Assembly (NCBI GenBank): GCA_000002435.2
Contig: CM018793.1
Source of the DNA: Giardia intestinalis
Taxonomy: Eukaryota
Length of the DNA: 64,000 nucleotides
Direction: 5' to 3' (one strand)
The translations under genes were made by a program, and so were the position numbers. The notes under the pieces are model-generated. The model was not told where the DNA came from and did not search any database. It saw only the letters and a list, made by a program, of their open reading frames with translations. Below are positions 47,601 through 54,588 of this stretch, piece after piece. How positions within the stretch are numbered: the stretch's first letter is position 1; every line of letters begins with the position of its first letter.

Positions 47601-49803
47601 TCAGGGCTTGCAATCCAAACGTATGTCATATCCAAACACGTTCACTTGGAGAGAAGAAAAGCACCATGATTTTCAGGTTCTGTCTCCACGACGGCACACA
47701 TCAAACAAGAAGACAGGGTCATCGTTCAGCTTAGCGCTAAAGAAGGAAGAGCTGCGGCAACGGAATGAATTAGCTAAGCACATTCACATCCTAGAGGCAG
47801 AACTAGCGCTTGAGCGACAGCGCGTTGAAATGGCGCAGACAAATCCCATGATGATATCGTGCAACTACAATCCAAGCTCTTACCCCTCTGCATTTTTTCA
47901 GGTGAGCGACGGGTTCAAGACTATAATGATCAAAAATCTCAAGAGCAAGCCAGCTGCCCGTCTCCTTTTGCGTGTAGGATCAGATTCTTTAGAGCGGAAC
48001 GATGCTTCTTCCGTGAGGGCGCCTGTAGCAACCCGCTCGCATAGATCTGTTCACCTTCCTTCTGCTCCAGTGGCTATTCCATTATTTGAGCCAACTGAAG
48101 TCCATCAAGGGCTGGCGATAAGCGTTAAGAAAGAGCAGAACCCGGATATCAATGAGCATGTTACCTTCAATGACTCTCTCACCTATGCCACTGCACTAGA
48201 CTGTTTACTGAATGAGATTTTTCCGCTCCCGCCTTCTATCTATAACAACACGCTGACATCATCAGCATTCCTTCAGTCCTATGTTGCAAAGTTTCCAGAA
48301 CTAGCTGAACTACGCAGAGCTCGGACAGCTGCAGCAGATATTCTTCTTTTAGTTCCAGCATCCTGTCCTGCAGCAGAATTGGGAAAATACATTTGTGACT
48401 ACCGTGCGACTAATCCACAAACACATACCTATCCATTGGCTATCGGGGACAAGGTGACCATGGTCTTTTATAAACAAGAGCTTACCAAAGGGGATGGGCG
48501 CGTCATAGAGTCCACACCTGATCCTGCTATCCAGTTCCTGGTCACTAACTCACCAGATCTACAACTGTTACGATATAACACTACAGCAATATATGCATTA
48601 CTTCCATGCCATGTTAAGATTAAATCCATCTCTTGGTTGACACGATTGATCCGACTTCTGATTGAAGAGATTACAAGTCAGGGCCCAGTATCTGCTTTGC
48701 TAGATAGGAACATGGCTATTAAGCGCGTCCATTTATGGGCAAAGAAAAAGTATGGTCTTCAACAATTGGTTACGAATCTTCTCTGGCATCTGTATTGCTC
48801 TCTACTTTTTCATCGACGCACTGATGTAGAGGTGGATTTCTTTGCACGTATTCTGTGCGGAGACTATGATGCCGACCAGCTAAACTTTTATTTGAGCCTC
48901 CGCGATCTGCTTATGCTATCTGCAGGTGCTCAAGATAAGGATAAAGATAAAAGTAGAGACAACTGTGATAGCGGAGATTCTTCTGCAGCTTCCGATAAAA
49001 GTCAACACATAATCGCCTTGAGCGCAGCATTCTCAGTGACAGACAAGCTTTTCCCGATGCTAAACTCCGCTGACGCCTATGAGGTGTTTGGGGCCATCCT
49101 GGACAATTCTACCTTAATGACAGACTCCAGGGATGTTTTCAGAACCGATCTCCGTGCGCATATTAGCACTGTAAAAGACAATCCTGACAAGTGCTCCTCC
49201 ATACGGTCTCTTTCCGTGCCTGTAGGAACTCTGGAAACGTATGTGCTCGTACACATATTACTTAGCATATACACATCTAGAAGAACGGTATTTAACATGC
49301 ATCTCATAGATTTGTTTGAAGCAAGTGCTAGCAGTGCCGGTCCCAAAGCAGGACTGAGCTTAGAAATTGGTCTCGAGATTCTGCGGAAAGCGTGGCCGTA
49401 CCTGCACCGCGAGACCATACTCTCGTTAGTTCATAGAAAGAACCCCAACTCCGCGGTAACTCAGGTGCTGCATTTCGAGGAGTTCGTGGAGCTGTTGGCA
49501 GGTCTTGTTATTGCACCCCCTACTACGATAGACCCTCTCCTTCTACAAGCAAAGGCCGGATTTGCTGCTGCGGAGCAGCAAGCGGTGAAGTTGATACCTC
49601 TTTTGGACAAGGATGTGCCGGACGATGCAGCGCTTTTGCAGGCGCTGGATTCTTTGCGGCAAGATGCCATTGCTGCGCTGCAAAGGCAGTGTTCGCTCAA
49701 GGCAAATGTTGTGGTCGCTGAGTACCTTCGGGTGGCAGAGTTTGAAGGAATGAGGAGAGGCCTTGTGGAAGAAACTCCCGATACTCCAAACGAAATAGAA
49801 TGA
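41614..49803 (+). CDS. giant protein (2729 aa), N-terminal coiled coil, largely low-complexity
   Basis: A single uninterrupted 8.2-kb ORF from the ATG at 41614. There is a coiled coil at ~aa 190-390, and a long S/T/P/Q-rich middle with an acidic/Ser run (DSDDESESSSSSSLSLSS) and KKKKH. The C-terminal ~700 aa are more ordered. No domain recognised. Confidence 0.7.
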   Translation: MFPGLPNPSKPVTDNDIMDAYLQLRKQTGSRSSSPAKSLSKPAALPKTLKPIQVSHQMKIDTETASLAVEHRFTDHMYDLFGELENDPIFGEDGLLRSNGSLLHVSSSLKVPFGKEVGITDLSPSRFSTVSSPSPHSTSSGSLKTKDPLDIYLESAYSALDTVNTFDPSAADVLYRVIKWLVTDARVKPEEVARHKEASAHALALVADREKVIESLTKEKNSAVAEFEDLRRQIKDSESAAARLQFDLDSSRAEIRMHLEKISLLQADLLEEEKKFYDMKMERNKLAYRNTELVTTGVELRTQIEEFIKVQKECTSHDEEYTMEIKRLKSELDNLKEQYDDDIVAYQQIVGSKTELIADLTMQCNTAQNEVMILKDKLAYMQNCIMANKTVSSQRVKDGSLEGSLVGIVDQSTKNTKGSGDQSDTASQARAAVKKSKPTRGIAVQIGGDKDGLCTVAGEDLEDSEASSFIQFRLGDAGAGSQLLDLPSLAAFLSAQVSAEASKVNALLDICSTGSPSKQSNVASNVIRRKMQLFNNQVSKYKELLIKLANSEDVAVDLDVDSDIDFQASPHTHSAKNPNENPSKKTLHGVSSSSDAQLKTDDIRTLQTIQAVLGETFTLDDLITNEELLRIVGEAKLNLLLGKLKQRGCSTFNASNLLSEASTKDADDSKLSVAQHSLPLREPGKEQLFAATSPHVKAPKKGGQKNALGTESLTRKKAPSFPQKVLNHTGVRTAQKTMPNRAAVRDGKLPQDEASQLVMDGRLEGQMLQKITDISQIDVNLNPENDSLIEENGPSNLLPSDMTEETPIYGYVSPALTSDIFGADPKGSREYPTKVITDKNTVENKPESVVHNRLSTETSVSQKKPVTAIAMTGTRTATQESAEETHQAMKEILEPPARLQTPQDQQRQRMPPDTKQQAMYTVTTKQDSQLLTGMVVKATGPLVSETPVRIKGTPSVQVGKATPHIYKSSVRQPNDQMVFLPGNPVKSIGKLNDHQDSDDESESSSSSSLSLSSHFEDGKLLEKDVAGGVTNEPAASPTQIGLTEDRKHKKKKHNAKAHIKSDKEQGILIQLQGKDAKKGYYTYLQTKNDKALQYEPLLEGSRAFSDVILTASHIYDPHFENALLAKSKQALERIKTRALSDRTKLQMADLDYNYKMPANSILQGSQLLKRQQSEPDLSRGSEKLGGPIVTALFDGTIPHVDGVTSVAKKLIENKAIDHTPRGDASVSDLDLSGLRTYDTGSFASSKSVLDNDDPLIDMAQRAVRHFRLVGKSMQADDTPPFTTEAATSTPMREELPTNPKPLLSLHQSPPIELQEHKTAAGEVCQSSHDMSASKPEPTLASAKRENLVSQASSLLKKTAPILVRTFEPDPLLSDRATDEEGSTNKCCYDIESIFSLGMPSDEKSFELLRTAVSALAAKNMALHDEIEMLKQKLASAKSTSIAHPTPSISMACQSDPNPAAMASPAKTDTEAFTVAADSSHPKRQELRSFYPPKALNVPAQCSSNDLVDQQPNASFVSPPTNSFVEIKSQEGLIDTRSPCQFETDQRTINLEFSNEERVGSAVVKRKLGYEVLTHVAQVAHEPLLKPNKDIVHQSELYAYPLVDPAAENTADGGFGASLTYDTALNLAKSSISKSIIVKNKAIDHPTQSAELDNLMQIDPNSEHVLALSDGSEDEFHQLASTNTADTFRPSATEQHINRILFRNHAKPLLDEYTSIKHANGLTTNANSRDENIPSARSAALPVLVTDLKAAGLKGRPHRSASASTSVQGTALQLFPAEDIDTQNQYLVRTGSCKAILITTQNEEPLGSKELENSNGNIASSTDNQKPPSTSDRFLQGLQPPTNGRIQLDGDEDKTTVVGASQYNPYMQKRVVPYGDLQTSRIHVQDNCEVVPADLLYKEPTDEEVIRQHIHQSAQADLDASAERLGSLVRNRCNAITERPINLKSQRSSPKQSPSRSISPTVTAMGKGEVSAEPHLYTSAPLSPMRMLPQQNDGAVHQGLQSKRMSYPNTFTWREEKHHDFQVLSPRRHTSNKKTGSSFSLALKKEELRQRNELAKHIHILEAELALERQRVEMAQTNPMMISCNYNPSSYPSAFFQVSDGFKTIMIKNLKSKPAARLLLRVGSDSLERNDASSVRAPVATRSHRSVHLPSAPVAIPLFEPTEVHQGLAISVKKEQNPDINEHVTFNDSLTYATALDCLLNEIFPLPPSIYNNTLTSSAFLQSYVAKFPELAELRRARTAAADILLLVPASCPAAELGKYICDYRATNPQTHTYPLAIGDKVTMVFYKQELTKGDGRVIESTPDPAIQFLVTNSPDLQLLRYNTTAIYALLPCHVKIKSISWLTRLIRLLIEEITSQGPVSALLDRNMAIKRVHLWAKKKYGLQQLVTNLLWHLYCSLLFHRRTDVEVDFFARILCGDYDADQLNFYLSLRDLLMLSAGAQDKDKDKSRDNCDSGDSSAASDKSQHIIALSAAFSVTDKLFPMLNSADAYEVFGAILDNSTLMTDSRDVFRTDLRAHISTVKDNPDKCSSIRSLSVPVGTLETYVLVHILLSIYTSRRTVFNMHLIDLFEASASSAGPKAGLSLEIGLEILRKAWPYLHRETILSLVHRKNPNSAVTQVLHFEEFVELLAGLVIAPPTTIDPLLLQAKAGFAAAEQQAVKLIPLLDKDVPDDAALLQALDSLRQDAIAALQRQCSLKANVVVAEYLRVAEFEGMRRGLVEETPDTPNEIE

Positions 49804-49867
49804 ACTCCTTCCCCATAAAGCCAACTATACTTATGTAAAAGTGTGTGTTGTCGCTTTGAATAAAAGT

Positions 49868-50374
49868 ATGGAGCGTGAAGAGGTTCCTGTTTTTGACCCT
49901 GAAACGCTCGAGATAATAGGGAAGAGGTATCGCGATGAACTTACGAAAGAGGACATCCATGGAATTGTCTGCGTTGTCGTCGAGAATTCCGTTGGACAGA
50001 TATTTATGCAAGTTCGCTCTCACACGAAGAAGCTCTATCCTGGAGCCTTTGATCTGTCTGCAAGCGGGTTTGTGCGTGCAGGCGAGCGCTTTGAGGAGTC
50101 TGCATCTCGTGAGCTTGCAGAGGAAATTGGACTGATCGTCGACCCCTCAGCGTTGTCTGAGAGATTGATTTTCCGGGGGATGCTAGCGCCTTCAGAGTAC
50201 CCCTGCTATACACATGTTTACAAGGTACAGACGGATGAGCCGCCTTTGACGTCGACTGATGAGGTCGAGGATGGAAAGTGGTTTGCTCTAGACGAACTGC
50301 GGACAGCAATGCAGACCCAGCCAAAGCGTTTCACACGACTTGCACCTTTGGTTCTGAACCGAGTTTATCCATGA
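49868..50374 (+). CDS. Nudix hydrolase
   Basis: The first ATG is at 49868, after aataaaagt. The Nudix box is GFVRAGERFEESASRELAEEIGL (nt 50066..50134), which fits GX5EX7REUXEEXGU. Confidence 0.8.
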   Translation: MEREEVPVFDPETLEIIGKRYRDELTKEDIHGIVCVVVENSVGQIFMQVRSHTKKLYPGAFDLSASGFVRAGERFEESASRELAEEIGLIVDPSALSERLIFRGMLAPSEYPCYTHVYKVQTDEPPLTSTDEVEDGKWFALDELRTAMQTQPKRFTRLAPLVLNRVYP

Positions 50375-50381
50375 TTAGAGC

Positions 50382-51524
50382 TTAACAGCCATTAAGGACG
50401 CTCATGATTATTCCCCTCTCTGCTTCGTCAGGACACATTTCGTATGGCTGTGTCTGCTTCTTGACGTCTTGTGCTGGAGATACGCAGTAGAGCGTGCTAT
50501 AATACTGTGCATAGTCATGAACTGTCAGACCTCCTTCAACGCCATTCCGTTTTGCATATCCCAGAAGTGAGTTAGATAAGCACCTGATCTTGTTGAACCA
50601 CAGTGGCTTGTTCTTCTTAATCCAGTAGTGCAGTGTTTCGACCTCATTAAGCTCATTGATGAATCCTGTTTCGACTGCGAACTCCATCGCTCTCGTGCTA
50701 TCTTCATCTGGAAATGCTCTGCGCAAACTGTCCACTGCTTGCTTTCCAATCTTAATGGATGTCTCGGTGTTATTACTGTAGGCCATTACAATAGACTTCG
50801 GGGCTATCCTGAGGATTAGATCGCTGAATGTAGAGTTTTCTACAGGCACATAGTCTTGTAGTGCACCTATCTCGTCTATTACACTTTCCAATTTGAACTG
50901 GGCGGTGATACTGGATAGTTTTTCACGGACCCACTGTGGCTTTAAGGATACACCTATATCAATGTATTGTGATGCTATACTTAGCATTCGCAATAGATCT
51001 GCGTACCTATTTTGTTTAGATGGTTCTTGATCTATATGGAGAACATTCAATGGGACGCCTTCATCTCGTAAGCGTCGTGCAATGCGAGCGACTGCTTCTA
51101 TATGGCGATAGTCCGTCATGTTGTTGGGATCATCGTTGAGATATATCATCAAATCAGTTGTTATTCCTTTGCTCGCTAAGTACTGGATGTCATAAACATA
51201 ATCTTCCTCGTACGGGAGGACTCCCTTGCTATAGTAATCTTCATACTCCCACTCCACAGACCCTGCGAAGAGAATTACGTTATTAAAGCCATGGAGTGAG
51301 CAAAAGTCTGCTAACTTTTCTATTTCTCCCTGTCTGTTTTTGATCAGGAGGATCCAGGCAGGCGTGCCGTCAATACGGTTGGTTGTGGAGTGAGACCACA
51401 CATAGAGGGACTTCTTTTGTTCTTTATATGCAGTAAATTCCGGATATAGCGCGTCTACATCACTTGAAGAAGTGAATGCGTATGTTGTTACTGCAAGCTC
51501 AAGGATCAGTCCCAGTGTGAGCAT
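50382..51524 (-). CDS. secreted protein, unknown function (380 aa)
   Basis: The ATG follows an AT-rich stretch (aaataaaat). There is an N-terminal signal-like segment MLTLGLILELAVTTYA and no other TM. The alternating pattern with HIDQEPS could be a TIM-barrel glycosidase-like fold, but this is unverified. Confidence 0.55.
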   Translation of the reverse strand: MLTLGLILELAVTTYAFTSSSDVDALYPEFTAYKEQKKSLYVWSHSTTNRIDGTPAWILLIKNRQGEIEKLADFCSLHGFNNVILFAGSVEWEYEDYYSKGVLPYEEDYVYDIQYLASKGITTDLMIYLNDDPNNMTDYRHIEAVARIARRLRDEGVPLNVLHIDQEPSKQNRYADLLRMLSIASQYIDIGVSLKPQWVREKLSSITAQFKLESVIDEIGALQDYVPVENSTFSDLILRIAPKSIVMAYSNNTETSIKIGKQAVDSLRRAFPDEDSTRAMEFAVETGFINELNEVETLHYWIKKNKPLWFNKIRCLSNSLLGYAKRNGVEGGLTVHDYAQYYSTLYCVSPAQDVKKQTQPYEMCPDEAERGIIMSVLNGC

Positions 51525-52458
51525 TTTATTTCCCGGGCCAGAGCATAGCTTATTAAGCCATCATTCGATTGGGTACACATATGAACAATGAGTTCCTAGT
51601 GTTCATATACTTTGGCTGAGACTTTCCTCTTCAGATACGATTACAAAAGTCTAAGATCACCTTTCTAACTATTATCTGAACAAGTTTCTTGGTAAGAAGC
51701 ATTGTTCAGATTCACACCCCAATACTTTATATCAATAATTTAGAAAGTTTCTGTAGACTGCTTGTATTATGCTGATATGTCTTTGAATAACTTGCCAACC
51801 ATATCTGCATTATCTACAAGTAAAAAGGAGAGTGCCGTATATTGCTGACTGGTGATGCATCGCACAGAAAGCATACCACAAGACAGTTTAGATAATAATT
51901 CACTCCACCTTAGTTATTTTCATCGTCGGCTCTTTGGGACTGACTAATGGCTGCCTCTGTCGTCTCTTGGTGTCCGTCCAGTTCGTGGCCTCAGAGATAC
52001 TTGAGATCTCCGGGTAGCTGGCGGTTCTTCCTTTCCAATCGCTTTGGAGACAGACTCTCGGAGCCTGTTAACTAGCCCCATCGGGTGCTCACTTTGCTGC
52101 CATGCCAAATCTCTCAAGATGTTTCTGGACATAGAATGGAGAAGTCATCTGCTCCATGTGTAATTGAGAGCATCCTATCCTTGTATCTTTGCTGCTTCCT
52201 CGTCGTAGTCAGTATGGCTATTGAATGATGCACACGTCAACTGCCTTTCACTTGCCGATAATCCAGATATCCAGCTGTTGAGTATGCGCCAGCTCCCCTA
52301 CAGCTAAGGATTGTGTGAGTGACCATGTCTGGCTTTTAGTCCTTTCTTTGTGCAGCCTTGGGGACCCTCCTCCATGGTCAAGGATTGAGCAGTCTATAAT
52401 GGCAGGATTGCGCTCGCCAGGGGCCCTTTTCCTGTCTCCTGGTGATCTAATAGTCTTT

Positions 52459-54588
52459 TTAACAGCAGCACTCCAACCTTTGTAGTACTTCGTTCGAGAG
52501 GAGGGAGACTATCTCGTGGCATCCCCATAGCTTGGCCATACAAAGAGCATCTCCTCCCGTACTGTCTCTCAGACTCTTCTCTCTCACGAGGAGCTTTACA
52601 CAGTCAATACTACCAATTTTCATAGCAAACATAAGAGCGGTCCATCCCGTTTTCTCCTTCATGCCAGCTTCCTTGTCTACGAGTAGCCTAACACAATCTA
52701 CGTGACGATTCTGCGCAGCCCACATGAGAGCGGTCATCCCGTCAGTCCTCTGCATACCACCCTCCAGCTCCACAAGTAATTTGACGCAGTCTGTGCGGCC
52801 GAGCTCTGCAGCGCACATGAGAGCGGTCCATCCATTGCCATCTTGCATGCGGCTTTCCTTTTTCATGAGTAGCTTAACACAGTCTGTATAACCACGACCT
52901 GCTGCAGCCATGAGAGCTGTAGTTCCGTTATTATCTTGCATACATATCTCCTTCCTTAGTAAACTCCTGGCGCAGTTCGAGTAGCCATTACCTACTGTGG
53001 CCATAAGAGCCGTTCCTCCATTGTTATCTCTCATACCTCCTTCCCTTTCCAGCAAAAGCTCGAGACAGTCTATGTGACCAGTTCTTGCAGCCCATATGAG
53101 GGCCGTCCACCCGCTATTATCTCTTATGCCCCCTTCCTTCTCCAGTAGCAGCCCCACAAGTTCTGTGTGACCGTGTATCGCTGCTCTCATCAGGGCGGTC
53201 CCTCCGCATATCTTCCATCTGTCCACATGTGTGCATCCCTTCATCTGCATGCCTCCCTGGAGCGGTATGAGGGTCTTCACTGCCTCCACGTCGTTTCTGT
53301 CAACGGCCCTCATGAGGTCGGTGGAGTCGTCCTCTTCGAGATGCTCCTCCTCTGTGTCCTCTATATTGTCTGTCTCGTCTGTCGTATCTATTGCATCTAC
53401 TGTGTCTGTCGTATCTGTCGTATCCGCTGTATCCGTTGCATTCCACGCGTCCCCCATGCCTATCTTCATCCATATCTCCTTTACCTTCTCAAGCGTCTTG
53501 GAGGTCTCACCAAACTGCTCCTTAGGGATATCTGCCCCTGCGGATTTAGCAGCAAGCTCCTTCTCAAGAGATAGGATCTTGTTGTTGGCATCATTCAGAG
53601 CAGCCTCCAAAGATGCGCATCTGTTCCTCAGTGCTTTATCTTTGGCTTCCTGTTCATCAGGAGGGCCGTTGAGCATCTGAAGCAGACGGACAAGCCCTCT
53701 GGCTGTCGGCCTCCTCTCTGGATCCAGCACGAATATCCGCTCCAGAACACTCTTTATGAAGCCGTCGGTGATGCCACTCAGATCGGGCCTCCACCCATCG
53801 ACGAAGACATCCTCTGGTTCTCTGCCCCCCAAGAAGTCCGGCTTCCTCAGGGTGGCGAGCTCGTATGCTATGGCCCCAATGCTCCAGATGTTGGACGCGG
53901 GAGTTATGATACCGCGGAGGAGCGTCTCGGGGGCCATGTATGCGGGGTCGCCGGTCTTCGTAGCCCAGCTCGACATGCCCATGCAGAGTTCGAAATTCGC
54001 AAGAACAATGTGCCTCCTATTTTCTGTGAATAAAATATTGTCAGGCTTGAAGATAACACCAGGAAACAGGCTGCCGTGGACACCATTGATGGGATCATGC
54101 AAGTAGATAAGGCAATTAGCAAGGTCTCTTACAAGGGAAAGTACCAACCTCTTAGGAATAGGCTTATGAGTTTCTCTGTAATTAGTGATCAACTGCTGAA
54201 GGTCTCCGCAGCGGCGGTCCATGATAATAAAAATCGTATTGCGACTCTTAATTATCTTGCCGCAGCTGAGAACATCCGGATAAGAGGTGTTTGGAAGAGC
54301 GACTAGCTTGAGTTTGGCAGCATCTACACTATACTGGTCTGGATCATCAGGCCGGATCTCCTTCGCGGCAAGGTGAGGGTATCCTTTAAGAGAGTAGATA
54401 GTACTGTAGGCATCCTTGCTGAGCACGTCACCCAGGCACCTGCGCAGCTTCTCGGGACTGAACATGGGGACGTCATCTGTATCCACCAGCCCCGCAAAAC
54501 CACTAGCTGACCCCTCAGTAGGACTCCTTAGAGTGCTATGTGCGGCGGATGAGGTAAGGGGGTAAGACCGGCAGTCAACAGCCATCAT
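52459..54588 (-). CDS. NEK-family kinase-like protein with C-terminal ankyrin repeats (predicted pseudokinase)
   Basis: The first ATG (MMAVDC) is at 54588, preceded by aaaattaaaagta (the track start 54684 is GTG). The kinase fold spans ~nt 53671..54447 (LAAKEI, DPAYMAPE, SNIWSIGAIAYEL). HRD is replaced by G-V-I (GVIFKPDN) and DFG by NFE. A coiled coil, a DT-rich acidic linker and at least seven GGTALM/GWTALM ankyrin repeats follow. Confidence 0.85.
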   Translation of the reverse strand: MMAVDCRSYPLTSSAAHSTLRSPTEGSASGFAGLVDTDDVPMFSPEKLRRCLGDVLSKDAYSTIYSLKGYPHLAAKEIRPDDPDQYSVDAAKLKLVALPNTSYPDVLSCGKIIKSRNTIFIIMDRRCGDLQQLITNYRETHKPIPKRLVLSLVRDLANCLIYLHDPINGVHGSLFPGVIFKPDNILFTENRRHIVLANFELCMGMSSWATKTGDPAYMAPETLLRGIITPASNIWSIGAIAYELATLRKPDFLGGREPEDVFVDGWRPDLSGITDGFIKSVLERIFVLDPERRPTARGLVRLLQMLNGPPDEQEAKDKALRNRCASLEAALNDANNKILSLEKELAAKSAGADIPKEQFGETSKTLEKVKEIWMKIGMGDAWNATDTADTTDTTDTVDAIDTTDETDNIEDTEEEHLEEDDSTDLMRAVDRNDVEAVKTLIPLQGGMQMKGCTHVDRWKICGGTALMRAAIHGHTELVGLLLEKEGGIRDNSGWTALIWAARTGHIDCLELLLEREGGMRDNNGGTALMATVGNGYSNCARSLLRKEICMQDNNGTTALMAAAGRGYTDCVKLLMKKESRMQDGNGWTALMCAAELGRTDCVKLLVELEGGMQRTDGMTALMWAAQNRHVDCVRLLVDKEAGMKEKTGWTALMFAMKIGSIDCVKLLVREKSLRDSTGGDALCMAKLWGCHEIVSLLSNEVLQRLECCC

